IMG/VR virus record: IMGVR_UViG_2648501751_000004
Direction: 5' to 3' (one strand)
Origin: an uncultured virus (IMG/VR IMGVR_UViG_2648501751_000004)
Taxonomy: Duplodnaviria; Heunggongvirae; Uroviricota; Caudoviricetes
DNA length: 64,000 nt
The notes beneath the pieces were generated by a model that had not been told where the DNA came from, made no database searches, and was given only the letters and a program-made list of their open reading frames with translations. Of the stretch, positions 15,393 through 25,029 are shown in pieces. Every line of letters starts with the position of its first letter. Within the stretch, counting starts at the first letter, position 1. A program made the position numbers and the translations under genes.

Positions 15393-15751
15393 GCATAAGC
15401 CGTTTTTCAAAAACGAGGGCGAGGCAGGCTGCCAAGGACTACATGCACGGCGCCAGCCTTCGGGCTGAGTCTGCCGAGCTGTCGGACAAGTGCCTTGCCG
15501 GGAAGTTTGCCTGCCATGTAACGACCATCAAGAAGGTCCGGGAGCACATGCCGGTTTCCGCTCTCGATCAGGATGACCAGGAGCTGATCCGGCAGTGTGC
15601 GGCTGAAAAGGCCCGCATTGATGTTCAGTTGCCCAGGCTCACCAAGGCGTTTCTCACCCGCCACTACGGAATCAGCACCGAAGCCCTCGATCTCGAGCTG
15701 GAGCTGGCGGGCTGGGATGGAAGCTCACGGGAAAAACGAGGTGCGGCTTGA
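15389..15751 (+). CDS. Hypothetical phage protein
   Basis: GTGA coupling. Confidence 0.65.
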   Translation: MSISRFSKTRARQAAKDYMHGASLRAESAELSDKCLAGKFACHVTTIKKVREHMPVSALDQDDQELIRQCAAEKARIDVQLPRLTKAFLTRHYGISTEALDLELELAGWDGSSREKRGAA

Positions 15752-15906
15752 TTATCCCTGATGATGTCATCGCCCACTGCCAGGCCCACCCAGGCTGTAA
15801 AGGATGTCCTCTTGGGACGTGTGAGGCCCCATTGGTGCCAATAACGGATCCACGCTGGGATAAATGGCTGGCGGACCGGATCAAAGCAGTGAGGGAGGCC
15901 AGGTGA
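15748..15906 (+). CDS. Small Cys-rich hypothetical protein (52 aa; not in the ORF track)
   Basis: TTG start and TGA stop both overlap neighbours by 4 bp; MIIPDDVIAHCQAHPGCKGCPLGTC... Confidence 0.55.
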   Translation: MIIPDDVIAHCQAHPGCKGCPLGTCEAPLVPITDPRWDKWLADRIKAVREAR

Positions 15907-16214
15907 AAAAGAGAAGTGGCCCGGCGTTCAACCAGGAGAAGCGCCCGCTCAAGCCCTGCCCGCAATGCCATGGCGCCGGCTTCATCAAGCCGATGTTCTA
16001 CCAGATGCCCTGCGATCGCTGCGAGGCATCGGGTGTTGTCTGCAAGGAAACCGGTGAAAGCCTCACAAAGGAAGACCTGGTGATTCAGCTCAGAATCCGG
16101 CTGACGGAACGTAACCAGGAGCTGGTGGAAGTCAGGAGGCAGATGGCGGCCATGAGGGCGGAGAGCAACGGCCGGGGCTACGGCGCTGGCGGATCCAGAT
16201 ACCACGGGGACTGA
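15903..16214 (+). CDS. Zinc-finger hypothetical protein
   Basis: CPQCHGAG...CDRCEASG; RBS GGAGG. Confidence 0.7.
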   Translation: MKKRSGPAFNQEKRPLKPCPQCHGAGFIKPMFYQMPCDRCEASGVVCKETGESLTKEDLVIQLRIRLTERNQELVEVRRQMAAMRAESNGRGYGAGGSRYHGD

Positions 16215-16215
16215 G

Positions 16216-16548
16216 ATGCTGCAGAAGACGACACCGATACACTCCAAGAAGATCAGGGACGCAGCCCGGAATCAGCCCTGCACCTTGCAGATAGTTGGCG
16301 TGTGCAACGGGGACTGGTCGACAACCGTTCTGGCTCACCTCCCGGACGAGAGCCACGGCATCGCCCGAAAGAGTGACGATCTGTCCGCCTGCTTTGCCTG
16401 CGATTCATGCCATAGCGTGATCGATGGCCGAATGAAGTGGCCACCCATGGAGCTGGAGCACAAAGACTGGTACTTCCGCCGTGCCCAGATCCGCACCTGG
16501 CGGGTTCTCTTCCAGGAAGACGTTTTCTCGATTAAAGGAGCTGCTTGA
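16216..16548 (+). CDS. DUF1364/YbcO-like nuclease-domain protein
   Basis: AARNQPCTLQIVGVCN...TTVLAH...KSDD...FACDSCH. Confidence 0.85.
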   Translation: MLQKTTPIHSKKIRDAARNQPCTLQIVGVCNGDWSTTVLAHLPDESHGIARKSDDLSACFACDSCHSVIDGRMKWPPMELEHKDWYFRRAQIRTWRVLFQEDVFSIKGAA

Positions 16549-17060
16549 TGGCCGAGCAAAACCGCAAGACGCCTTACCAGCGCCGGGCCCGGGAGGCAGC
16601 CCAGCGGGAAGTAGACCGCTTCATTGCCTACCTGCAAGGGCTGGATACCATCGACCAGCTGGCACACCAGGGCCGTAGCATCATGGGCATGTGGGCTGAG
16701 TTTGAGGGCAAGCCGCCCTCTGGATCAGGGTTCAATGGATTCTGCATGCTGGCGGACAAACTGGAGAAGATCCGGCTCCGCCAGATGCCTGAGGAGTTTG
16801 CCCGGGCCTACGATCGTTTGAGCCGAATGGCCAGCAGGGCACCAAAGCAGGTAGACGCCCTCTGTGTCGATCGCTTCTATCGTGGGCGTACCAAGGTGGC
16901 CATTGATCCGTTCACCGAGAAGCGCTATGAGATCCACTGGAACGACTCCGCGTGTGCGCAGCTGCTGGGTTGCTCCGTGAAGGTGTTCCAGCGGAGGGTG
17001 ACCAAGGGCTATGGCCAGCTTGAGTGGATGCTTGGATTTCGGGAATCTGCAGCCGCCTGA
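16548..17060 (+). CDS. Putative late-gene regulator (Q position)
   Basis: Last gene before late promoter/terminator; C-terminal HTH-like ACAQLLGCSVKVFQRRV. Confidence 0.55.
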   Translation: MAEQNRKTPYQRRAREAAQREVDRFIAYLQGLDTIDQLAHQGRSIMGMWAEFEGKPPSGSGFNGFCMLADKLEKIRLRQMPEEFARAYDRLSRMASRAPKQVDALCVDRFYRGRTKVAIDPFTEKRYEIHWNDSACAQLLGCSVKVFQRRVTKGYGQLEWMLGFRESAAA

Positions 17061-17069
17061 CACTAAATG

Positions 17070-17097
17070 TTGACTTCAGGGGTCCAACAGATACACT
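17070..17097 (+). promoter_or_regulatory. Putative late promoter (PR'-like)
   Basis: TTGACT-16-TACACT followed by a terminator. Confidence 0.5.
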
Positions 17098-17129
17098 ATT
17101 TGGTAGCTGGTCAAACTGACCTCAAACGA

Positions 17130-17163
17130 AACCGCCCTCCCCTCGGAGCTGGCGGTTTTTTTG
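17130..17163 (+). terminator. Intrinsic terminator (tR'-like)
   Basis: AACCGCC...GGCGGTT plus T tract. Confidence 0.75.
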
Positions 17164-17270
17164 TGCCCGAATCAGATACGACGTGCGGCCTGCTCGGGCA
17201 TATCCATAGCCGCTCGGTGAGATTGGCGCCCTCTTTGCAGTTCACCAGCCTCAACCAACCATGACTATTC

Positions 17271-17294
17271 GCCCGCCACTGAGCGGGCTTTTTT
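17271..17294 (+). terminator. Intrinsic terminator before the endolysin
   Basis: GCCCGC-CACTGA-GCGGGC-TTTTTT. Confidence 0.7.
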
Positions 17295-17300
17295 ATGCCT

Positions 17301-17717
17301 ATGAATCGCCAACTTCTCAGATCACAGCTGGAGCGCCACGAAGGCCTCCGCCTGAAGCCCTATCGCGACACTGTGGGCAAGCTGACCATCGGCTACGGCC
17401 GGAACTTGGAAGACGTGGGTATCAGTCACGATGAGGCTGACTTCATGCTCGACAACGATATCGACCAGGTTGAGCGCCAGCTGGAAACCGTGGACGAGTA
17501 CAACGAGCTGGACCCGGTGCGCCAGGCCGTGATTGCAAATATGGCGTTCAATCTTGGGTTTCACGGCCTGATGCAGTTCCGGAACATGTGGGCGGCTGTT
17601 GGTCGTCGGGACTGGGAATCTGCATCAGAGGAAATGATGCAATCGAAATGGGCCCGCCAAGTTGGCGTGAGAGCCGTTGAGCTGTCGGAAATCATGCGGA
17701 CTGGCGAGGTGCAGTAG
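17301..17717 (+). CDS. Endolysin (T4-like lysozyme)
   Basis: HEGLRLKPYRDTVGKLTIGYGRNL...NMAFNLG...SKWARQVG.RA. Confidence 0.92.
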   Translation: MNRQLLRSQLERHEGLRLKPYRDTVGKLTIGYGRNLEDVGISHDEADFMLDNDIDQVERQLETVDEYNELDPVRQAVIANMAFNLGFHGLMQFRNMWAAVGRRDWESASEEMMQSKWARQVGVRAVELSEIMRTGEVQ

Positions 17718-18007
17718 TGGATCAGATGGAATACGACCGGCGCCACTGGCACATCAGTAAGTCGATCAGCATTGGCCATATCATGACGACGTTGACCGCA
17801 TTGCTGGCGGCACTGTGGTTCTTCGCCCAACAGGATACGCGCATCAGCAACCTGGAGCTCAACGTTAAGCACCTGCAAGCCCAGAATGTTCTGGAGCGCG
17901 ACCGCACAAATCGTAAGTTTGACGAACTGAAGGCCGACCTGCAGCGGATAAACTCAAAGCTGGATCGCCTGATCGAAAGCATGCTGGACAACAAGCGGAG
18001 CAACTGA
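17717..18007 (+). CDS. Membrane protein with coiled coil (lysis cassette)
   Basis: One TM segment plus coiled coil; between endolysin and holin. Confidence 0.65.
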   Translation: MDQMEYDRRHWHISKSISIGHIMTTLTALLAALWFFAQQDTRISNLELNVKHLQAQNVLERDRTNRKFDELKADLQRINSKLDRLIESMLDNKRSN

Positions 18008-18438
18008 TGAGCCTGACCATCCCTGTAATCGACGGCCTGCTGGATATCGGCGGCAAGCTCATTGATCGGGTGTTCCCGGATCCAGAGCAAGCGGCCAAGG
18101 CCAAGGCCGAACTGGTCACCCTCCAACAGCGAGGAGAACTCAAGGAGCTTGAGACGCGGATGAGCGCGATCCTCGCCGAGGCCAACAGCTCAGACCCATG
18201 GACCAGCCGCGCCCGCCCCTCGTTCATGTATGTGATCTACCTGATGATTCTCGCGTCCATCCCCATGGGCATCCTGCATGCGGTAAACCCAGAGGCTGCC
18301 GTCAGTATTGCCGAGGGTATGAAGGCCTGGCTGGCAGCGATCCCAGACTCACTATGGACGCTGTTCGGCGTGGGCTATGTGGGCTATGCCACTGCCCGCA
18401 GTGTTGATAAGCGCAGCATACTCAAGGGTAAGGGCTGA
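18007..18438 (+). CDS. Holin (3TM/GTA-type family)
   Basis: KLIDRVFPDP...AEANSSDPWTSRARP...LWTLFGVGYVGY..ARSVDK. Confidence 0.85.
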   Translation: MSLTIPVIDGLLDIGGKLIDRVFPDPEQAAKAKAELVTLQQRGELKELETRMSAILAEANSSDPWTSRARPSFMYVIYLMILASIPMGILHAVNPEAAVSIAEGMKAWLAAIPDSLWTLFGVGYVGYATARSVDKRSILKGKG

Positions 18439-18822
18439 GTGCCTGCCCGTCCTCTCAAGCCCTGCTGCGCCCCTCAATGCAGTGAGCTGGTGCGAGGCCA
18501 GCGCTACTGCGACCGGCACCAACACCTGGCAAAGCAACGCGACCCGGTGAAGGATCGGGAGCGTGGCAGTAGCGCCAAGCGCGGCTATGGCAACAAGTGG
18601 AAGAAGGCCCGGCTGACCTTCCTGTCTTATCACCCGCTGTGTACGGAGTGCGACAGACAGGGCAGGACCACGGCCGCGACGGACGTTGACCATATCGTGC
18701 CTCACCGTGGCGATCCGAAACTGTTCTGGTCGCAATCCAACTGGCAGGCGCTCTGCCGGTCATGCCACTCGGCAAAGACAGCGCGTGAGGATGGTGGATT
18801 TGGCAACAGACGCGAGCGATAG
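18439..18822 (+). CDS. HNH endonuclease (HK97 gp74-like terminase accessory)
   Basis: HPLCTEC...VDHIVPHRGD..LFW..SNWQALCRSCH. Confidence 0.92.
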   Translation: MPARPLKPCCAPQCSELVRGQRYCDRHQHLAKQRDPVKDRERGSSAKRGYGNKWKKARLTFLSYHPLCTECDRQGRTTAATDVDHIVPHRGDPKLFWSQSNWQALCRSCHSAKTAREDGGFGNRRER

Positions 18823-18900
18823 GGGGGCGGGTCGAAACTCTACAGCCTTAAAAGGCTCGACCGCGTGCCTAACGCAAATTTTTACATCCGCAAAATCAAG
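18823..18900. other. Probable cos region
   Basis: Between gp74-like HNH and terS; GGTCGA...TCGACC inverted repeat followed by GCGTGCC. Confidence 0.45.
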
Positions 18901-18908
18901 GTTTTGAA

Positions 18909-19292
18909 ATGGCCCGGCCAAGAACCCCGACCAACGTCCTGGAAATGAAAGGCGCGTTCAAGAAAGATCCCCAGCGCGCCCGCCAGGACCCGGAGGTTTC
19001 CGGGAAACTGAAGGCCCCGCCGGAGCATCTCACCGAAGTCCAGAAGGCTATCTGGAAGGACATCGTGAAGGCCGCACCCAAAGGGGTGATCACTGAGTCT
19101 GACCGGTTCAGCCTTGAGATTTGCTGCATCCTTCTGGCGCAATTCCGGCTCGAACCATTGGAATTTCCGGCGGCAAAGCTGGTGCGGCTCGAGGCACTGC
19201 TCGGGAAGATGGGCATGACCCCGGCAGACCGGGCCAAAGTCGCGGGTCCGGCCCAGAAGAAACCCCAGGGCAACCCGTTTGCTGAGCTGTAA
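18909..19292 (+). CDS. terS: Terminase small subunit
   Basis: MARPRTPT...PPEHL...W...GMTPADR; position. Confidence 0.85.
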   Translation: MARPRTPTNVLEMKGAFKKDPQRARQDPEVSGKLKAPPEHLTEVQKAIWKDIVKAAPKGVITESDRFSLEICCILLAQFRLEPLEFPAAKLVRLEALLGKMGMTPADRAKVAGPAQKKPQGNPFAEL

Positions 19293-20992
19293 TGGCTGCC
19301 AAAAAACAGTACCTGCTGGTCAAGCAGGCCGAGGACTACGCCCGGGCCGTCATCGCCGGCAAGATTGTCGCCTGCAAGTGGATCCGCCTGGCCTGCAAGC
19401 GGCACCTGGCAGACAAGCGAGCCAGCCGGAAACGGGACTATCCCTATAAGTTCGACCCGGCCCTGGCGGAGAAGGTCGCCAAGTTCCTACAGCTGCTGCC
19501 CCACACCAAGGGCAAGTGGGCCAGCAAGCGGCAGACCATCAAGCTCGAACCCTGGCAGCTGTTCGCGGTGTGCGTCCCATTCGGGTGGATCCGCAAGAAG
19601 GACCGAACCCGCCGGTACCGGACGATCACCGTCTTCGTGCCCAGAAAGAACGGCAAGTCGATCATCGGCGGCGGCCTGGGGCTGTACATGTTCTCCGCGG
19701 ATGGCGAGTTCGGCGCAGAGATCTACTCCGGTGCCACCACCGAGAAGCAGGCCTGGGAGGTATTCCGGCCGGCCAAGCTGATGGCCGAGCGAACGCCACC
19801 GCTCCGGGAGCACTTCGGGATCGATGTGAATGCCTCGAGCATGATCCGGATGGAGGACGGCAGCCGGTTTGAACCGGTGATCGGCAAACCTGGCGACGGC
19901 TCCTCGCCCAGCTGCGCGATTGTGGATGAGTACCACGAGCACAACGACAGCACGCTCTTCGACACCATGGAAACCGGCATGGGCGCCCGGGAGCAACCGT
20001 TGATGCTGGTGATCACCACGGCCGGCTCCAGTATTGGCGGCCCCTGCCACCAGCTGATCCGCGATTGTGAGCGCATGCTCGAGGGCTCCATCCAGCGGGA
20101 CGACCTCTGGGCGATGCTCTACACCATCGACGAAGGCGACGACTGGACAAGCGAAGAGGTCCTGAAAAAGGCCAACCCGAATTACGGCGTCTCGATCAGC
20201 GGTGACTTCCTGGAAGCGCGGCAACGCGAGGCCATGCAGTCCACCGCCAAGCAGGCCACATTCCGAACCAAACACCTGAACCAGTGGGTGGGTGCCAAGG
20301 AAGCCTGGATGAACATGATCAAGTGGCAGCAGCAACCGGAGCGCAAAACGCTCAGTGAGCTGGAAGGCCGGCGCTGCATTATCGGCCTGGACCTGGCCAG
20401 CAAGATTGACGTGGCCGCCACCTTGCTGCTGTTCCCGCCGGCGGAGGGTGACCCGAACTGGCATCTGCACGGGCGCTACTACCTGCCCGAAGCGCGGGTG
20501 CTTGAGCACGTAGACAGCAACTCCAGCCGGTACATGGAGTTCAACGCCCTGGGCCTGATGTCACTGACGGACGGCGAGGTGATCGATTACGAAGTCATCA
20601 AGGACGACCTCCGAGAGTTCGCCGGGCGGTTCGATCTTGAGCAGGTGGCCTATGACCCATGGCAGGCCACCCAGCTGGCACAGGAGATGGAGGCCGAAGG
20701 GCTCACCATGGTTGAAGTCCGGCAGACCGTCCAGAACATCAGCGAGCCCATGAAGGAACTGGAGAAGCTGGTGCTTGAGAAGAAGCTGGCACACGGCAAC
20801 TGCCCGGTTCTCACCTGGATGGCATCCAACGTGGTGGCCAAGATCGATGCCAAGGACAACATCTACCCCAACAAGGAGCGGGCCGACAACAAAATCGATG
20901 GCATTGTCGGCGCCATCATGGCGATCAGCCGGGCGATTCGTACCGAGAAAGAGGACGAATACGTGGACACATCTTTCATAGGCCTACTTTGA
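19292..20992 (+). CDS. terL: Terminase large subunit
   Basis: VPRKNGKS Walker A, IVDEYHEH Walker B, GLDLAS, KIDG. Confidence 0.96.
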   Translation: MAAKKQYLLVKQAEDYARAVIAGKIVACKWIRLACKRHLADKRASRKRDYPYKFDPALAEKVAKFLQLLPHTKGKWASKRQTIKLEPWQLFAVCVPFGWIRKKDRTRRYRTITVFVPRKNGKSIIGGGLGLYMFSADGEFGAEIYSGATTEKQAWEVFRPAKLMAERTPPLREHFGIDVNASSMIRMEDGSRFEPVIGKPGDGSSPSCAIVDEYHEHNDSTLFDTMETGMGAREQPLMLVITTAGSSIGGPCHQLIRDCERMLEGSIQRDDLWAMLYTIDEGDDWTSEEVLKKANPNYGVSISGDFLEARQREAMQSTAKQATFRTKHLNQWVGAKEAWMNMIKWQQQPERKTLSELEGRRCIIGLDLASKIDVAATLLLFPPAEGDPNWHLHGRYYLPEARVLEHVDSNSSRYMEFNALGLMSLTDGEVIDYEVIKDDLREFAGRFDLEQVAYDPWQATQLAQEMEAEGLTMVEVRQTVQNISEPMKELEKLVLEKKLAHGNCPVLTWMASNVVAKIDAKDNIYPNKERADNKIDGIVGAIMAISRAIRTEKEDEYVDTSFIGLL

Positions 20993-22263
20993 TGCGATTT
21001 TTCAACCGGAAGCAGAACATGGAGCGCCTCGAGGCCGAGCTCGAGAACGCCAAGCATGATCTGCAGTCCATCAAGAACGAGACCCAGAACTGGTCCGCTG
21101 GCTGGGAATCCCTGCAGGACATGTTCCGTGCCAACGTTGGCCCGGCCGGGGTGCGGGTGGATGAGACCACGGCCATGCGAGTGTCTGCGGTCTATGCCTG
21201 CGTTCGGTTGATTGCCGGGGCCCTGGGTAGCCTGCCGCTGCAGATCTACCGGCGCACCGCTGAAGGCCGTGAGAAGGATGTCAAGCACCGGCTTTACCGC
21301 GTGCTGCACATGCAGCCAAACCCGGTTGTATCCGCCGTTGTGTTCTGGGAAACGGTGGTCACCCACCTGCTGCTGGCGGGCAACAGTTACAGCCTGATCG
21401 GCCGCACCCGCGGCGGCGAGCCCACCACCCTGACCCTGCTGAAACCCAGCCAGGTTGAGGTGCAGGAGAAAGGCGGGCGTCTCATCTACCTGGTGCTGTT
21501 CGACGATGGCAAGTGGGCGGCCTATGACCAGGACGACATCCTGCATGTGGCCGGTGTTGGCTGGGACGGCAAGAAAGGGATCAGCGTGATCCGTTCCGTT
21601 GGCCAGAACAGCATCGGCACCGCCCTCGCTGCAGACGAGTACAGCGGCCGGTTCTTCAGTAACGACGCCACGCCCCGGGGTTACATCAAGTTTCCCGAGG
21701 GCAAGAAGCTCAACGACGAGCAGGCCAAGATCATCCGGGATTACTGGTTTGAGAAACACCAGGGCCTGAGCAATAGCCACCTGCCGGCCGTGCTCCCTGA
21801 TGGCGGTGAGTTCAAGGAGATCACCATCTCCGCTGAAGACGCCCAGCTGATCGAAACCCGGCGCTTCCAGGTAAACGACATTGCGCGGATCTTCGGGGTA
21901 CCGCCGCACATGATCGGCGAAACCTCCGGCTCCACAAGCTGGGGCACGGGCATCGAGCAGCAGTCCATCGGCTTTGTGGTCTACACCCTGCGCCCTCACC
22001 TCACCCGCATCGAGCAGGAAGTGAACCGCAAGCTGTTCAGTGCGGGCACGCACTACGTGGAATTCAACGTGTCCGGACTGCTTCGGGGTGACACGAAAGC
22101 CCGCAACGAGGCTTACCAGATTGCCCTGGGCGGCAACCAGCTGCCGGGCTACATGACCGTCAACGAGATCCGCAAGCTTGAGAACCTCTCGCCGGTAGCC
22201 GGTGGGGACGACATTTACCGCCCGCTTACGGGAGCCACGAACAATGAAGAACCAACTGCTTAA
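20992..22263 (+). CDS. Portal protein (HK97 family)
   Basis: AVYACVRLIA...IARIFGVPPHMIG...TVNEIRKLENL. Confidence 0.95.
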   Translation: MRFFNRKQNMERLEAELENAKHDLQSIKNETQNWSAGWESLQDMFRANVGPAGVRVDETTAMRVSAVYACVRLIAGALGSLPLQIYRRTAEGREKDVKHRLYRVLHMQPNPVVSAVVFWETVVTHLLLAGNSYSLIGRTRGGEPTTLTLLKPSQVEVQEKGGRLIYLVLFDDGKWAAYDQDDILHVAGVGWDGKKGISVIRSVGQNSIGTALAADEYSGRFFSNDATPRGYIKFPEGKKLNDEQAKIIRDYWFEKHQGLSNSHLPAVLPDGGEFKEITISAEDAQLIETRRFQVNDIARIFGVPPHMIGETSGSTSWGTGIEQQSIGFVVYTLRPHLTRIEQEVNRKLFSAGTHYVEFNVSGLLRGDTKARNEAYQIALGGNQLPGYMTVNEIRKLENLSPVAGGDDIYRPLTGATNNEEPTA

Positions 22264-22951
22264 CCTGATCCGGGATAACGTCCAGGAGAAGCGCGACTTC
22301 CGCGTCAAGAACATGGGCGAAGAAGCCACCCTGTATCTCTACGATGTGATCGACGACATGTGGGGCATCTCTGCCGAGATGGTGGCCAGGGAGCTGGCGG
22401 ACATTACAGCCAGCACCATTCACCTCCGCATCAACAGCCCGGGTGGTGACGTATTCGCAGCGCGGGCCATTCAGACAGCGCTGGCCCAGCACCCCGCCAG
22501 GGTCATCGCCCACATCGATGGCGTGGCAGCCAGCGCGGCCACGTTCATAACTGCCGCTGCCGATGAGATCCGCATGACAGATGGCGGCTTTTACATGATC
22601 CACAAGGGCTGGACGATCACCATGGGCAACGCCGACGACATGCGATCCGTCGCCGGCTTGCTGGACCAGGTGGACGAAAGCATTGTCCGAACGCTCGTGG
22701 CGCGCACCGGCCAGAGCGACACCGACATCCTGCAATGGATGGCAGAGGAAACCTGGATGAGCGCGCAGGAAGCGAAAGACCGGGGCTTTATCGATGAGAT
22801 CGACGAGGTGTCCAAGGGCAGTGCGGCCCAGAACATGCGGCGCTTCGACCTCTCAGCCTACGAAAAGGCCCCCGAAATCCCCGAACCTGAACCCGACCAA
22901 CTGGCGGCCCGCGCCCACCTTGAGCGCCGCCTGAACCTACTTGGAGTTTAG
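22244..22951 (+). CDS. ClpP-type prohead protease
   Basis: LRINSPGGDVF, DGVAASAAT, MIHK, ETWMSAQEA. Confidence 0.93.
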   Translation: MKNQLLNLIRDNVQEKRDFRVKNMGEEATLYLYDVIDDMWGISAEMVARELADITASTIHLRINSPGGDVFAARAIQTALAQHPARVIAHIDGVAASAATFITAAADEIRMTDGGFYMIHKGWTITMGNADDMRSVAGLLDQVDESIVRTLVARTGQSDTDILQWMAEETWMSAQEAKDRGFIDEIDEVSKGSAAQNMRRFDLSAYEKAPEIPEPEPDQLAARAHLERRLNLLGV

Positions 22952-22975
22952 CGGGCACCGCTAAGCACCTTCACA

Positions 22976-22997
22976 GCCGCCTTCGGGCGGTTTTTTT
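22976..22997 (+). terminator. Hairpin/terminator between protease and capsid
   Basis: GCCGCC-TTCG-GGCGGT-TTTTTT. Confidence 0.65.
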
Positions 22998-23020
22998 ATG
23001 GGACCAGAGGAGAACAACCT

Positions 23021-24256
23021 ATGTCCATCCAAGCACTGCGCGAGAAGCGCACTGACCTGGCGGCTAACGCCCGCAAGCTGCTCGATGAGGTTAAGCCCGA
23101 CGACTGGAAGGCGGAACACAACGAGCGTTACGACAACCTGGTAAACGAGATCGACCAGCTCGACTCCCAGATCGACCGGCACCAGAAGCAGCTGGATATC
23201 GAAGCCTCCAACCGCCAGTCCATCCAGGACCGGGCCGAAGAGCGCGGGATCTCCACCGACGAAGCGAACCACATCGCCAACAAGGAAAAGGACATCTTCC
23301 TGACCTACATGCGCGGTGGCATCAACGCCCTGGACGATGAGCAGCGTAACCACGTGTTGGCCAAAGCCCGGGAAGTGCGCAACGCCATGTCCACCGGCAC
23401 CGGCTCCGAGGGTGGGTACCTGGTGCCGCGCGAATTCGCCGCCAGCATGCTGCAGGCGCTGAAGCAATACGGCGGCATGCGCGAAGTGGCCACCATCATC
23501 CAGACCGCCTCCGGCGCGGGCATGGACTGGCCGACCACAGACGCAACCTCGGAAGAGGGCGAGATCGTCGGCGAGAACGCTGCCGTCGCGCAGCAGGATG
23601 CCACCTTCGGAACCAAGGTGCTGGACACCTTCAAGTTCAGTTCCAAGTCCATTGCGGTTCCGTTCGAGCTGCTGCAGGACAGCGAGATCGACCTGGAAGC
23701 GCACATCCGTGAGCGCCTGCAGCAGCGCCTGGGCCGCATCACCAACCGCCTGTTCACCAACGGTTCTGGTACCGGCCAGCCCATGGGCATCGTGACCGCC
23801 TCCGGCGCGGGCAAGATTGCCGCCACTGGCCAGACCACCACGGTCACCTACGATGATCTTCTGGATCTCAAGCACAGCGTCGACCCGGCTTACCGGATGA
23901 ACGCCGCCTGGGCTTTCCACGACCAGACCCTGAAGGCGATCAAGAAGCTCAAGGACACGCAGGACCGCCCGCTGTGGGTGCCCGGCATTGCCATGGGTGA
24001 GCCCGACACCATCGACGGCGAGCGGTACGTGGTGAATCAGCACATCCCGCAGATGGCCGCTGGCGTGAAATCCATCCTCTACGGTGACATGAGCCGCTAC
24101 ATCATCCGCGATGTGATGCAGTTCATGCTGTTCCGGATGACCGACTCCAAGTACACGGAGAAAGGCCAGGTGGGCTTCCTCGCGTTCATGCGCTCCGGCG
24201 GCAACCTGATGGACGTTGGCGGTGCGGTGAAGGCGTACCAGAACTCCGCTACCTAA
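23021..24256 (+). CDS. Major capsid protein (HK97 fold)
   Basis: Coiled-coil delta domain, EGGYLVP, ELLQDS, QVGFLAFMR. Confidence 0.95.
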   Translation: MSIQALREKRTDLAANARKLLDEVKPDDWKAEHNERYDNLVNEIDQLDSQIDRHQKQLDIEASNRQSIQDRAEERGISTDEANHIANKEKDIFLTYMRGGINALDDEQRNHVLAKAREVRNAMSTGTGSEGGYLVPREFAASMLQALKQYGGMREVATIIQTASGAGMDWPTTDATSEEGEIVGENAAVAQQDATFGTKVLDTFKFSSKSIAVPFELLQDSEIDLEAHIRERLQQRLGRITNRLFTNGSGTGQPMGIVTASGAGKIAATGQTTTVTYDDLLDLKHSVDPAYRMNAAWAFHDQTLKAIKKLKDTQDRPLWVPGIAMGEPDTIDGERYVVNQHIPQMAAGVKSILYGDMSRYIIRDVMQFMLFRMTDSKYTEKGQVGFLAFMRSGGNLMDVGGAVKAYQNSAT

Positions 24257-24316
24257 TGAGGGGGAGGCTCCGGCCTCCCCCTCTCCCTGACCCATTGATT
24301 ACCCGAGGAGACAACC

Positions 24317-24505
24317 ATGGCAACGGCCAAGAAAAAAGCGCTCGTACTGGTGGACTACCATCCGCTGGGCCTGAACTGCGGCGATTACGTTGAACTGCCC
24401 GAGGGCCAGTTGAAAGAGCTGGAAGCGGAAGGCATCGTGGACACCAACGCCCCGGCTCCGAAAGCGCCCGAGAAGACCAAGGACGACGGTGAGCCCATCG
24501 AATGA
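24317..24505 (+). CDS. Small hypothetical head-region protein
   Basis: RBS GAGGAG; position after capsid. Confidence 0.7.
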   Translation: MATAKKKALVLVDYHPLGLNCGDYVELPEGQLKELEAEGIVDTNAPAPKAPEKTKDDGEPIE

Positions 24506-25029
24506 TCACCCTGCAGGAAGCAAAATCCCACCTGCGGATTGAGCCGGAATTTGTTGAAGAGGATGCGTTGATCGAGTCGTTGATCAGCGCAGCCATCCTC
24601 AGCCTGGAGCACCAGACCGGGCGAGCATTCCGGGACCGGGAAGAGACCCTGATCCTCGACCGGTGGGAACAGCCGGTCCGGCTTCCGTGGTGGCCCGTGC
24701 AGGCGATCAACGAGATCACCTATTTTGACGCAGACGGCGTGCAGCAAACCCTGCCGGGGTACTCGCTGGATCTGCGGACTATCCCTGCAACCCTGACACC
24801 CTATCCAAACGAGACCTGGCCGGAGGCGAAACAGCGCCCCCAGGCCATTACCATCAAGGTGCAGGTAGGGATGCAGGAACTGCCTGAGGATCTCAAGCGG
24901 GCCGCCCTGCTGTTGATCGGTAATCTCTACGAGAATCGTGAGGCGGTTGTGGTCGGAACCATCGTGGCCACTCTTCCCATGGCCGTGGACTTCCTGATCC
25001 AGCCCTACCGAATACTGAGGATTGCCTGA
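24502..25029 (+). CDS. Head-tail connector (gp6-like)
   Basis: ITLQEAKSHLRI...EDALIESLI...LLLIGNLYENRE. Confidence 0.9.
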   Translation: MITLQEAKSHLRIEPEFVEEDALIESLISAAILSLEHQTGRAFRDREETLILDRWEQPVRLPWWPVQAINEITYFDADGVQQTLPGYSLDLRTIPATLTPYPNETWPEAKQRPQAITIKVQVGMQELPEDLKRAALLLIGNLYENREAVVVGTIVATLPMAVDFLIQPYRILRIA

